Assembly (NCBI GenBank): GCA_963827685.1
Contig: CAWHBU010000003.1
Coordinates: 128,001-192,000, forward strand
Direction: 5' to 3'
Length of the DNA stretch: 64,000 nt
Origin: an uncultured delta proteobacterium
Lineage (GTDB): Bacteria > Desulfobacterota > BSN033 > UBA1163
Shown: positions 1 through 9,275 of the stretch, piece after piece
How the letters are laid out: the number at the start of each line of letters is the position of its first letter
Position numbering within the stretch: the first letter of the stretch is position 1
Position numbers and translations under genes: made by a program
Notes under the pieces: model-generated
What the model was told of the DNA's origin: nothing
What the model saw: the letters and a program-made list of their open reading frames with translations, nothing else
Database searches by the model: none

Positions 1-363
1 GAGAATGTATTCAACATTTTCCCCATCTTGAAGGAAAGGAAGAGCCAACGCGCCGATACCTTCAGCGGCGGGGAACAGCAGCAATTAGCCATTGCAAGGG
101 GATTGATGTCAAGTCCCTCGCTCCTGATGCTGGATGAACCTTCCCTGGGGCTCATGCCCAGATTAGTTTCCGAGATCTTTCATATCGTCCGTGAGATAAG
201 CCAGAAGGGCGTGACTGTACTCCTTGTCGAACAGAACGTTTTTGAAGCCTTGCAGATATCACATCGAGCCTATGTCCTTCAGACAGGCCGTATCGTCCTT
301 GAAGGTAGGGGAGACGAGCTGATCAAATCCGACCTTGTAAGAAAAGCCTATCTCGGTATGTAA
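1..363 (+). CDS. Branched-chain amino acid ABC transporter ATP-binding protein (LivF-like), 5'-truncated by window edge
   Basis: ABC signature FSGGEQQQLAIAR, Walker B LLMLDEPSLG, H-loop variant VEQN. Confidence 0.9.
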   Translation, partial: ENVFNIFPILKERKSQRADTFSGGEQQQLAIARGLMSSPSLLMLDEPSLGLMPRLVSEIFHIVREISQKGVTVLLVEQNVFEALQISHRAYVLQTGRIVLEGRGDELIKSDLVRKAYLGM

Positions 364-422
364 TGTCATCAGGAACGTTGACCCCAAGAAAGGTGCACTA
401 ACCGGACGGCCTATTCTCAGAG

Positions 423-1739
423 GTGCGGATGCAGATTATTATGAAGTATGGAAGAAAAGGATTGGCGATTGAACTCCCGGAGGGTCTCAAAGTAGATGTG
501 ATAAAGAAAAAGGCAATGCCAATCCTCAAGGACCCTGCGGCAGCACTGAGATCTGGGTTATCACACCCTGTTGGGTGTAAGCCTCTGGCGAAAGAGGTAA
601 GGGGAATCAAAAATATCTGCATAGCGATCTGTGATATTACGAGACCTGTGCCTCACGGGATCGTGTTGCCCGTCCTCATTCAGGAGTTGATCGACGCCGG
701 TGTGAATCCGGCCTCTATCACGTTGCTCATAGCAACGGGTCTTCACCGACCGAACGAAGGGGAAGAACTTCGGGAATTGATTGGGAGCGATTGGGTCCTC
801 GAAACCGTGCGAGTCGTAAACCACTTTGCGAAAAATGACGAAGACCATGACTATCTTGGGATTACCCCCCGGGGAATGCCCGTCAGGATAGACAAACGGT
901 TTGTGAATGCAGAGATGCGCATCGCTGTCGGATTGATTGAACCTCACTTTATGGCGGGTTACTCAGGGGGAAGAAAAGTGATTGTGCCGGGAATCGCACA
1001 TCAGGATACCATCCGGGCACTGCACTCAACGAGGATGCTCGAAAATGAGGGCGTGGCCAACTGCAGACTGGACGGCAATCCAGTCCATGAGGAGCAAATG
1101 GCCGTCGTCAAGATGGTGGGCAGGAGTCTTGCGTTAAATACAGTGATCGATGAAGACCGTAGACTATCTTTCGTAAATTTTGGCGACATCGAGAAGAGTT
1201 ATCTCGCCGCTATTGCCTTTGCCCGACCCTATTTTGAAATCCCCGTTGCACGAAAATATAATACAGTCATCACCAGTTCCGCAGGCTACCCCCTGGATCG
1301 AAACTATTATCAGACGATAAAAGGCATGGTGGGTGTGGCAGATATTGTCGAGCCGGGGGGCAATCTTTTTATCGTCTCAGAATGCTCCGAGGGATTGGGT
1401 ACCCCGGAATATGCCGAGTCACAGGCCAGGTTAATCAATGTTGGAATGGAGAGATTCCTCGAAGAAACCTCGCAGAGGCAGTTTGCCTCTATCGATGAAT
1501 GGGAATCCATCATGCAAATCAAGGCCATGAAGACCGGAACCATACACCTTTATAGTGAATGTCTCACGAAGGAAGAACAGGCACTGACAGGCGTTAAGGT
1601 AATCACATCCCTGACGGAAGCGATCAAAAGAAGCGTGGAGGAGAAAAAGGATAACCACGTGGCCGTCGTACCTGAAGGTCCTTACGTCATATCTCTTTAC
1701 AGACCCGGAAATAAAAAGGGATACAACCTGAACGATTGA
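423..1739 (+). CDS. larA: Nickel-dependent lactate racemase (LarA) family protein
   Basis: DITRP, ATGLHR, IEPHFMAGYSGGRK, GNPVHEE, GYPLDRNYYQ motifs. Confidence 0.85.
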   Translation: MRMQIIMKYGRKGLAIELPEGLKVDVIKKKAMPILKDPAAALRSGLSHPVGCKPLAKEVRGIKNICIAICDITRPVPHGIVLPVLIQELIDAGVNPASITLLIATGLHRPNEGEELRELIGSDWVLETVRVVNHFAKNDEDHDYLGITPRGMPVRIDKRFVNAEMRIAVGLIEPHFMAGYSGGRKVIVPGIAHQDTIRALHSTRMLENEGVANCRLDGNPVHEEQMAVVKMVGRSLALNTVIDEDRRLSFVNFGDIEKSYLAAIAFARPYFEIPVARKYNTVITSSAGYPLDRNYYQTIKGMVGVADIVEPGGNLFIVSECSEGLGTPEYAESQARLINVGMERFLEETSQRQFASIDEWESIMQIKAMKTGTIHLYSECLTKEEQALTGVKVITSLTEAIKRSVEEKKDNHVAVVPEGPYVISLYRPGNKKGYNLND

Positions 1740-1870
1740 TGGAACCTCCTTCCGGTCCGTGATCAACAATCTCCCTGAGATCATAATCATGAAGACCTGA
1801 GTCAAGGAAACAGATTCGACCCCAGAAGACGCCCAAGACACAATGGATACACTAAAGAGAAAGAAAGGAG

Positions 1871-2278
1871 ATGAACATGGCAATTGCTTCGAATATCCGC
1901 CCAGGTGACGACCCCGTTGAGGTTTCCAAAAAACTCGTCGGCCAAACGCGAACTCAATTAATGAAAGAGCTGCTCGCTTACTTTGATATACCGGCCAATA
2001 TCATCAATCACGTGTTCGGCAATCTCTATGCGCGCGACGTACTGACGCAGCGGGAGCGGGAACTCTGCGCAGTGGCCGCATTGTGTGTTTTGAATCGTGC
2101 CAATGAACTGAAGAGCCACATCATTGCTGCGGTCCGTACCGGGGCCACCAAGGCAGAGGTGGCTGAAGTGATCCTCCAGATGTCCACCTACGGCGGCATG
2201 CCGGTTTGCCTCGAGGGCCTGGAAATCGCCAGACAGGTCTTTGAAAAGAGTACGGCATCGCCGGTAAAGAAAAAATAA
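1871..2278 (+). CDS. Carboxymuconolactone decarboxylase family protein
   Basis: FGNLYAR..L..RERELCAVAAL, EVILQMSTYGGMP. Confidence 0.85.
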   Translation: MNMAIASNIRPGDDPVEVSKKLVGQTRTQLMKELLAYFDIPANIINHVFGNLYARDVLTQRERELCAVAALCVLNRANELKSHIIAAVRTGATKAEVAEVILQMSTYGGMPVCLEGLEIARQVFEKSTASPVKKK

Positions 2279-2340
2279 GGTTTCTCCGCCCTGGAATAAT
2301 AGAAGCATTATACATTGCTCAGAAAATAACCCCGCAAAAT

Positions 2341-2438
2341 ACTCCTCTCCCCTCGGTGGGAGAGGATAGAGGTGAGGGGGGACACGATTTGGACATTCAC
2401 CCCCACCCTCGCCCTCCCCCATCGAAGGGGGAGGGGAC
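2341..2438. repeat. REP-like palindromic repeat (CCCTCTCCC...GGGAGAGG type)
   Basis: Two adjacent GC-rich hairpins; related units near 25585, 27715, 27905, 31680, 43050. Confidence 0.6.
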
Positions 2439-2531
2439 AAACGGAGTCAATTCTCATGGTTCCAGGGTGACGAACCCGTCATGAAAGATTGTTTTACTCT
2501 TTGTCTAAATCAAAAAAGAGGGTGGCCACTC

Positions 2532-3422
2532 ATGAAGTTGCTAAGAACCCCTGATGAAAGATTTAAAGGATTGCCAGGTTATCCTTTTAAACCACACTAT
2601 GTTGAAGTCGAGGGGGTAAGAATTCATTACGTTGATGAAGGCCATAATGACTGTGAGACAGTATTAATGATGCATGGCGAACCCTCGTGGTCGTATCTCT
2701 ACAGAAAAATGATACCTGTCGTGGTTGGGTCCGGATACCGCGTCATCGCTCCAGACCTGGTTGGATTCGGAAAATCAGATAAACCGGCGGAGATGAGCGA
2801 TTATTCATATCAAAAACATGTCGGCTGGATGACCGGACTCATCACATTACTTGATTTAAGGAATATTACGCTGGTATGCCAGGACTGGGGTGGTTTGATC
2901 GGACTGCGCATTGCCGCCGAACACGAAGAACGATTTAAACGGATATGCGTCTCAAACACAGGTTTGCCAGCCGGAAAAGGAGAGCCATCAGAGGCTCTTC
3001 TCGCGTGGCGGGAATATTCTCAAAAAACACCTGATTTCAATACTGGCGAAATCGTTAACAGGGCCTGCGTGAATAAACTCGTACCGGAAGTGATTGCCGC
3101 CTACAATGCTCCCTTCCCCGATGATTCATATAAAGCCGGTGCAAGAATTTTCCCGACGCTGGTCCCCACATCGCCTGATGATCCGGCTGTGCTGGCGAAT
3201 CTAAAAGCGTGGGATGTTCTTTCACGGTGGGAGAAGCCTTTCCTCACTGCTTTTAGCGATTCAGATCCCATCACGAAAGGCGCCGATGCCCATTTCCAAA
3301 AAACCATACCCGGGACAAAGGGAATGAAGCACACAACGATCATGAACGCCGGCCATTTCGTTCAGGAAGATAAGGGTGGGGAATGGGCTCGGATCATCGT
3401 GGAATTTATCCGCGAGAATTAA
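2532..3422 (+). CDS. Haloalkane dehalogenase (alpha/beta hydrolase)
   Basis: MKLLRTPDERF start, HGEPSWSYLY, nucleophile elbow QDWGG, AGHFVQED. Confidence 0.9.
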   Translation: MKLLRTPDERFKGLPGYPFKPHYVEVEGVRIHYVDEGHNDCETVLMMHGEPSWSYLYRKMIPVVVGSGYRVIAPDLVGFGKSDKPAEMSDYSYQKHVGWMTGLITLLDLRNITLVCQDWGGLIGLRIAAEHEERFKRICVSNTGLPAGKGEPSEALLAWREYSQKTPDFNTGEIVNRACVNKLVPEVIAAYNAPFPDDSYKAGARIFPTLVPTSPDDPAVLANLKAWDVLSRWEKPFLTAFSDSDPITKGADAHFQKTIPGTKGMKHTTIMNAGHFVQEDKGGEWARIIVEFIREN

Positions 3423-3596
3423 GTTTCATGGATCAATCAGACCGGGGGGCAAATATATCATGGTATTTCTTAGATGGGCAACAAGGGTTATGCTTGAAAA
3501 ACTAATGTGAAGAAAATGGGTTGTCTCATCCTTTGCAGGGAGGCTTCACGTTAGTGCACATTTCTCCGCGGAACAGGGAGCGAGAAAGGGAAATAT

Positions 3597-4118
3597 ATGA
3601 CTCACCACCATGCGCAGACGAAGGTACAACAACAGAGGAACGATCTTACTGGCGAGCATGCAGTGGGTGATGCCGGCCAGATCGTGTTAGGCTGTCTCTT
3701 TGCGGTAATCTGGATAGCTGACACATTCTTTGTCCAGTCCACAATTTTCCTCAACCAGCATGTGCCACTAAGTGCCAGAATACCTGCTGGAATCATTCTG
3801 CTGGTTCTGTCAGGCTATTTGGCGAAAACGGGGATGTCTATTGTGTTCGGCGAAGGAAGAGAGACACCTGGTGTCATTCGGAAGAGTGTGTTTAATGTTG
3901 TGCGCCATCCGATATACCTGAGCGAGATTCTACTTTACTTAGGTCTCCTGCTTTTAAGCATATCGCTCGCTGCTACAGTGGTTTGGCTTATCGCAATCGG
4001 GTTCTTGCATTACATATCTCGTTACGAAGAAAGACTGCTGCTTTCGCGTTTTGGCGAGCAGTATGAGCAGTACATGCGCGAAGTGCCAATGTGGATCCCG
4101 CGGCTTCGGAAAAGATGA
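3597..4118 (+). CDS. Isoprenylcysteine carboxylmethyltransferase/PEMT-family membrane protein
   Basis: Hydrophobic helices, VRHPIY, EERLL..RFGEQYEQY..VPMWIP. Confidence 0.8.
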   Translation: MTHHHAQTKVQQQRNDLTGEHAVGDAGQIVLGCLFAVIWIADTFFVQSTIFLNQHVPLSARIPAGIILLVLSGYLAKTGMSIVFGEGRETPGVIRKSVFNVVRHPIYLSEILLYLGLLLLSISLAATVVWLIAIGFLHYISRYEERLLLSRFGEQYEQYMREVPMWIPRLRKR

Positions 4119-4271
4119 TTGGTCACTCAGAACCATCCGACGCTTCAACGGCCTGCCGCCGAAGAGAAACTGGGGATTAAATTCTTATTCTTTATTTTAT
4201 TTCAACCTCGTTAAAGGATTCCGATAATGGCGAGACCTCTTTGTGTCAACATCCGAGATTTAGCCCCATCC

Positions 4272-4395
4272 TTTACCCCGTTAGAAATAATGCCCCGCTG
4301 CTCTGCAGAGGGGTTGGGTTTTATAATAATTCCGGCGGGGTTTAATGCCCCGCTCGGTTTCGAGTCGCAACGACTGGAATTTCTAATGGGGTTTA
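4272..4395. mobile_element. MITE-like element, copy 1 (TIR ACCCCGTTAGAAAT)
   Basis: Terminal inverted repeats; near-identical inverted copy at 21797-21950. Confidence 0.75.
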
Positions 4396-4434
4396 CTACG
4401 AGGTCGTCCTCTCACGTAGCATTGGAAAGGAATA

Positions 4435-4920
4435 ATGATGCCGGAACTTAATCCGAAACATGTGCAAACGGTAATAGACATTATAAACCGGGGACCATAT
4501 TTTAGGCACTTATCCATGCCTGTAAAAGACATAGGCATGGGATATTCGCTTGTTGAGCTTGAGATCGGGAATGAGCATTTAAACCCATTTGGTGGACTTC
4601 ACGGAGGAGTTTATGCTTCAGCGATCGATACAGCCGCCTATTGGGCAGTGTATTGTGAGCTTGATGAAGATGTCGGATTAATATCGCTTGATCTAAAGGT
4701 CGATTATCTTGCTCCGGCTAATGCGGGGAAATTGATTATCAAAGGACGCCGCATCAAAATCGGAAAAACAATTTGTTTGGCAGAAGCTACCGCTTTTGAT
4801 CAAAATGATAAATGGCTTGCTCATGGAATTTCAAAAATGATGGTGACTCAAGGTCTTCAGACAATAAAAGATGCTCTTAATTTCGTAGGGACTGGCTATC
4901 TCCCTCCAAAATTTATTTAA
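4435..4920 (+). CDS. PaaI family thioesterase (hot-dog fold)
   Basis: HLNPFGGLHGGVYASAID, DLKVDYLAP. Confidence 0.9.
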   Translation: MMPELNPKHVQTVIDIINRGPYFRHLSMPVKDIGMGYSLVELEIGNEHLNPFGGLHGGVYASAIDTAAYWAVYCELDEDVGLISLDLKVDYLAPANAGKLIIKGRRIKIGKTICLAEATAFDQNDKWLAHGISKMMVTQGLQTIKDALNFVGTGYLPPKFI

Positions 4921-4923
4921 TTG

Positions 4924-5000
4924 GCCTAACCTATCCTTCAACAAGCACTGGCAAAATCGCTGGCACCGTTTTTGACAGCCTGTTAAGGATGACGTTGAGC
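4924..5000 (+). other. Integron attC recombination site
   Basis: R'' GCCTAAC 4924-30, 5-nt spacer, L'' CTTCAACA with extra C, L' TGTTAAG 4981-87, 6-nt spacer, R' GTT 4994-96; begins 3 nt after PaaI stop. Confidence 0.75.
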
Positions 5001-6799
5001 CTGTAGAAAAAGTCTTAAAAGCATGATAAAATCGCCATATCAGTAGCGGCAAAGAGAGCGGAGACCGCTTAGGAGGGACTGGATGGCGAGATACAAAGAG
5101 TTTGATTATTCACAGGGAAAGTTCATACCGATCCACTTTGACCGACAGATCTTACCCGGGACGTTTGAGTATAGCCTTCATTACCTCATTGACAACGAGA
5201 TAGACCTGTCGATTTTTGATTGCCGGTACCGAAACGACGAGATGGGAGCGCCGGCCTACGATCCCACCATCCTATTAAAGATTATCCTGTATGCCTACTC
5301 ACGAGGAATTACCTCGAGCCGAAAGATAGCGCAGTGTTGTCAAGAGAATGTTATCTTCATGGCACTGTCGGCAGATACGCAGCCGCATTTTACGACGATC
5401 TCAGACTTCATTTCGACCTCGGGCCAGGAGATCATCCATCTGTTTCTAGAGATACTGTTGATCTGCGATGAGATGGGGCTGATCGGGAAAGAGATGTTTG
5501 CGGTGGATGGCTGCAAGCTGCCTTCAAACGCCTCGAAAGAATGGAGCGGGACGAAGAAAGAACTGGAGAAGAAAAGAGAGAAGATGGAGAAGGTGATCAG
5601 GCAGATTGTCAAGCGGCATCGGGAGGTGGATGTTACCGAGGCGGACCGGGGAGTGATGGAGCAAGAAGAGCAGTATGTGGAGACCCTTCGGGGGAAGGTA
5701 AAGAAGATAAAGGCATGGCTACGAGAAAACGAGGACAAACCTGGCAAGAGCGGTAAGCCCGTGAAGAGCAACATCACGGACAATGAGAGCGCCAAGATGA
5801 AGACCTCGCACGGGGTGATCCAGGGTTACGATGGGGTAGCGGTGGTAGACGGAAAGCACCAGGTGGTTGTACATGCGGAGGCATTTGGAGCAGCGCAGGA
5901 ACATGATCTTCTTCTTCCTATGCTCGAGGGGACGAGGGAGAACTTCGAGGCCGTCGGCATTAAACAGGATGTCTTCGAGAAAGCAAAGCTCACAGCGGAC
6001 AGTGGGTTTCATACCGAGGCGAATATGAAGGAGGTCATGGGGCAAGGGATCGATGCCTATATTGCAGACACGCAGTTTCGGAAGCGGGACCCGCGGTTTT
6101 CGGACGTTGACAAATACAAAGAGCAATTCAGAAAGGAGAGGGCTGAGTACTACGGAGTGGCCGACTTATACAGGCCACACAGGGATTTTACGATCAGCGA
6201 AGACAAGACTCATTGCATCTGTCCTGGGGGTAAGCGCCTGTATCGCAATGGGGGGAATGTGGTGGTCAACGGTCAGCGGGCCATCAAGTTTCATGGGAGA
6301 AAGACCGACTGTCGGATCTGCGGACTACGGGAGAGATGCCTGAGACATCCGGACAGAACGGAGGCAAGACAGGTGTACTTCTTTCAGGGGAGTGCGGAGT
6401 CGAAGCCGGAGACGTTTACCCAGAAGATGAAGCGCAAAATAGATTCGATAAAAGGCAGACTCATCTACAACAGGAGACTCGGAACGGCAGAACCTGTATT
6501 TGGGAATATTTGCTCTACCTTAGGGTTGAACCGATTTACCCTTCGAGGGAAACGAAAAGTGAACACCCAGTGGTTACTCTACTGTGCGGTGCACAATCTA
6601 TTTAAAGTGCATCGATACGGTCTGGAGCTTGCGTGAACGGAGCCGGATTGGGTGATAGGGTATTGGGGTAAGAAAAATATCATGAAAAGACGAACATTTC
6701 GCCAAGAATCGGAAAAACTTTTGATGACAGAAAATAATTTCCTATTTTTGATCCAGCAGAAGAAGCGGTTTTTAAAAAACCGACTTTTTCTACAGGCTC
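4997..6799 (+). mobile_element. IS1182-family insertion sequence
   Basis: Perfect 18-bp TIRs GAGCCTGTAGAAAAAGTC (4997-5014) / GACTTTTTCTACAGGCTC (6782-6799); flanking GTT direct repeat. Confidence 0.92.
5083..6636 (+). CDS. IS1182-family DDE transposase
   Basis: GAPAYDP..LLKIILYAY, PHFTTISDF, AVDG, ADSGF, AEPVFGNI motifs. Confidence 0.92.
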   Translation: MARYKEFDYSQGKFIPIHFDRQILPGTFEYSLHYLIDNEIDLSIFDCRYRNDEMGAPAYDPTILLKIILYAYSRGITSSRKIAQCCQENVIFMALSADTQPHFTTISDFISTSGQEIIHLFLEILLICDEMGLIGKEMFAVDGCKLPSNASKEWSGTKKELEKKREKMEKVIRQIVKRHREVDVTEADRGVMEQEEQYVETLRGKVKKIKAWLRENEDKPGKSGKPVKSNITDNESAKMKTSHGVIQGYDGVAVVDGKHQVVVHAEAFGAAQEHDLLLPMLEGTRENFEAVGIKQDVFEKAKLTADSGFHTEANMKEVMGQGIDAYIADTQFRKRDPRFSDVDKYKEQFRKERAEYYGVADLYRPHRDFTISEDKTHCICPGGKRLYRNGGNVVVNGQRAIKFHGRKTDCRICGLRERCLRHPDRTEARQVYFFQGSAESKPETFTQKMKRKIDSIKGRLIYNRRLGTAEPVFGNICSTLGLNRFTLRGKRKVNTQWLLYCAVHNLFKVHRYGLELA

Positions 6800-6890
6800 G
6801 TTATCCTCTCCCCCAATCTAAAATCAACAGCTCTTAACGTAGATTGATCTCCAAACTTTGTAGCTGGAAGAGGCAGCCCCCTTTTTTAAT
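6800..6890 (+). repeat. Dispersed repeat A, copy 1 (starts at attC G|TT)
   Basis: Aligns with 9023-9110 (AATCAACAGCTCTTAAnGTAGATTGATCTCCAAACTT...GGAAGAGGnAGCCCC). Confidence 0.8.
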
Positions 6891-6905
6891 TCTTTATATA
6901 GAGAC

Positions 6906-7013
6906 TTATGTTGACACAACAATCCGAGAGGTGTATTCTGTAAACCAGATAGTGCTCGAACACGGGGAGGCACTGAAAAAACATTAGACAAATTCACGAC
7001 TCCTGAAGATGTG
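6906..7013 (+). promoter_or_regulatory. Repeat B copy 1: sigma70-type promoter plus conserved ~75-nt leader
   Basis: TTGACA(6911)-N17-TATTCT(6934); homologous to 8441-8550. Confidence 0.65.
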
Positions 7014-7111
7014 ACCCTGTTGCATCTCCTGTTGCATTCCCTAATAGTCCCCAGGGAGGTCAAGAAAGGTGAAGGTGCTATTTCTTAGTTTCACGAAGAC
7101 AAGGCGGGTTG

Positions 7112-7561
7112 TTAGAGATTGAGCAATTGGAAAAAAGTCCCCCAATTAATAAATTGATGTTTTACCGACAAATCTTTTTCCCTTATTTTCATCAGGCCCA
7201 TACGGTTCATGCCAAAGCCTGACTTTATATTTTTTAAGTCATCGCGAGAGACGAGGAATCCTAATGGGTGGTTCTTGCTTTCAGACTGTGTCAGAAGAAT
7301 GACAGCCCAATCCATATTTTCCGGGGAAATAAAATGAGAAATTTCTTGCCAAGGTGAAGGCATTTCGAAAAACTCTTTGCCGTGTTTCGCATGAATGAAT
7401 AAGAAATGGGTTTTACTTTTAATGTAAAAACGGTAAAGCTGTGCATGTCTTCTTATTAATTTTAGATCGAACTTAACCCTCTTTTGTCCTAAGGCAGTTC
7501 TTAAGTTCGATAAAAATTCATTAGCTAATTCTTTAGAGGCTTCTGCTGGCACTTCTTTCAT
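7112..7561 (-). CDS. Hypothetical protein
   Basis: 149-aa ORF downstream of csp; no recognised motif. Confidence 0.6.
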   Translation of the reverse strand: MKEVPAEASKELANEFLSNLRTALGQKRVKFDLKLIRRHAQLYRFYIKSKTHFLFIHAKHGKEFFEMPSPWQEISHFISPENMDWAVILLTQSESKNHPLGFLVSRDDLKNIKSGFGMNRMGLMKIREKDLSVKHQFINWGTFFQLLNL

Positions 7562-7727
7562 CCCATCCTAATACCCGGGTTGATCTATAGGTACCTTTGA
7601 GAGCTACCGCTATTCCGTCAATTCATTTATCAACAGAATAAACAACCGGAATTTTCCTTTAAGCCCGTCTGCTGATACAGGGAGGTTCTGTTGAAAGATG
7701 GAAAACGGATGCCAAAATTTTGTAAAG

Positions 7728-7761
7728 AAAGAGAAGCCAACTCATCCGCTGGCTTCCCTTT
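7728..7761 (-). terminator. Intrinsic terminator after csp
   Basis: Minus-strand hairpin GAAGCCA..TGGCTTC followed by T-rich run. Confidence 0.55.
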
Positions 7762-7767
7762 GAGGGC

Positions 7768-7968
7768 TCAAACTATTTTTACATCAGTGGCATTAGGGCC
7801 TTTGGGGCCTTGGGTGGTTTCGAATTCAACCTCGTCACCCTCCTTCAGGGATTTGAACCCCTCCCCCGTGATTGCCGAGTGGTGAACAAACACATCTTTA
7901 GCTCCTTCCACTTCGATAAATCCAAAGCCCTTCTGATCGTTGAACCACTTTACTCGTCCTCTTGACAT
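7768..7968 (-). CDS. cspA: Cold-shock protein
   Basis: [15 protein letters not shown] (RNP1), DVFVHHSAI (RNP2); GGAGG RBS. Confidence 0.95.
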   Translation of the reverse strand: MSRGRVKWFNDQKGFGFIEVEGAKDVFVHHSAITGEGFKSLKEGDEVEFETTQGPKGPNATDVKIV

Positions 7969-7998
7969 AATAACCTCCATTTGAACTTAAGTTGAAAT

Positions 7999-8145
7999 AA
8001 AAAACCCGCCAAAGAGGGAAACTCACTCTTTGCGGGCTTCCTTTTTTTCGAAGCCCGCTTTGCCCAAAGAGCTTTTGCTCCTTGGTCTCTTATCATTCCC
8101 GCCTCAAAGGTTTTACCCTTTTTGGCTCTACTGATAAGATTGCGG
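7999..8145 (-). promoter_or_regulatory. Structured csp 5' leader with terminator/antiterminator pair
   Basis: Stem 8005-16/8026-36 plus U6; competing stem 8032-40/8050-58; helix 8088-95/8132-39. Confidence 0.55.
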
Positions 8146-8175
8146 GTTTAGAAAAACCTCTATTGTCTTACTTAT

Positions 8176-8204
8176 TTTATAACACAAGAAAGGGATTTTG
8201 GCAA
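8176..8204 (-). promoter_or_regulatory. Sigma70-type promoter for csp
   Basis: Minus strand TTGCCA-N17-TATAAA. Confidence 0.55.
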
Positions 8205-8440
8205 TGAGATGAGATGGATAAAATTCTTTTAAATAATATTCATTGGAGTTCGCGTCAATCCAGACCTTCCTGAACAAAGGGACTGTCTATGTGGTCGAGC
8301 CAACACCCCCCCATTCCGTGGAGCAATATAGTGATCCATCCTTTAATTGAATTTTGAAGGTTTTTACCCTAGCCGCTTTCTATCCCTGGTTTTCGGGTCT
8401 CTTTTCAAGACCTTCTTTCAAGCTTCGGAAACATGCAAAC

Positions 8441-8550
8441 TTATGTTTGACATAGAAATCTGAGAGGTGTATTCTGTGAATCAGGAAATACCCGAACACG
8501 GGGAGACACCGAAAAAACATCGGACAAATTCATGCCATCTGAAGATGTGT
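8441..8550 (+). promoter_or_regulatory. Repeat B copy 2: promoter plus leader upstream of 8601 gene
   Basis: TTGACA(8447)-N17-TATTCT(8470); homologous to 6906-7013. Confidence 0.65.
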
Positions 8551-8600
8551 GAACATCTAAGATTTGATCCCACTTTTTTTGGAAAAATGGAGGCTTAGGC

Positions 8601-8966
8601 ATGGTAAGACGATTTAGTGATGAACCGATTCTCCCAATGCGTGCTCTTCAAATATGGCAAATTTTGATAAGTGCTGCACGCAATCGACAAATTCTAACCT
8701 ACGGTATTCTGGCGAGCATGCTTGGATATGAACGTGCGGGCGTCCTCGCACAACCCCTTGGACACATAATGTACTATTGTCAACAAAATGAACTGCCACC
8801 ACTAACTATCTTAGTTGTTAACCAGGATACGGGGGTTCCAGGCGAAGGATTAACAGGTGCCGATCTTAATGCGGACAGAGAGTCTGTATTTCGTTACGAT
8901 TGGTACTCGATAATTCCCCCCACTCCAGAGGAATTCCGCGAAGCATACACGCGCGGGCAACAGTAG
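8601..8966 (+). CDS. Hypothetical protein, probable winged-helix, cassette-like
   Basis: LTYG.LA..LG, LPPLTILVVN..TG.PG.G pattern; GGAGG RBS; followed by degenerate attC. Confidence 0.75.
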   Translation: MVRRFSDEPILPMRALQIWQILISAARNRQILTYGILASMLGYERAGVLAQPLGHIMYYCQQNELPPLTILVVNQDTGVPGEGLTGADLNADRESVFRYDWYSIIPPTPEEFREAYTRGQQ

Positions 8967-9029
8967 GCCCAACAGGCGGCCGCACAAGGATCGATCTTAA
9001 ACTGTGGCCTCTGATGCGGGCCGGTATCC
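8967..9029 (+). other. Degenerate attC-like site
   Basis: R'' GCCCAAC directly after stop; imperfect stem; R' position reads GGTATCC. Confidence 0.35.
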
Positions 9030-9110
9030 TGACTTCCAATCCACAATCAACAGCTCTTAAGGTAGATTGATCTCCAAACTTAGAGGTGGAAGAGGTAGCC
9101 CCTTTTTTAA
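9023..9110 (+). repeat. Dispersed repeat A, copy 2
   Basis: Aligns with 6800-6890. Confidence 0.8.
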
Positions 9111-9275
9111 CTCTCTCCCCGTACTAAATGGTTTACAGATTTTCTAAAAAGGAGTATATTCCAATCAGTAATCCACAGGGTGGGGACGAAAACATTCTTT
9201 CATTTTCAGAAATGAAAAATAATAATCAGTGCTTGGTCAACTTTCAATAAAGGTTTATTTCGCCGGGAAAAAGCC

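Noticed and set aside
3549-4170. ICMT-like gene as an integron cassette (GTTAGTG upstream)
   Set aside because: No matching RYYYAAC or attC stem after its stop.
8085-8142. SAM-I riboswitch (TCTTATCA...TGATAAGA resembles P1)
   Set aside because: Interior too short and lacks the GCAACC/GTGC core; downstream gene is csp.
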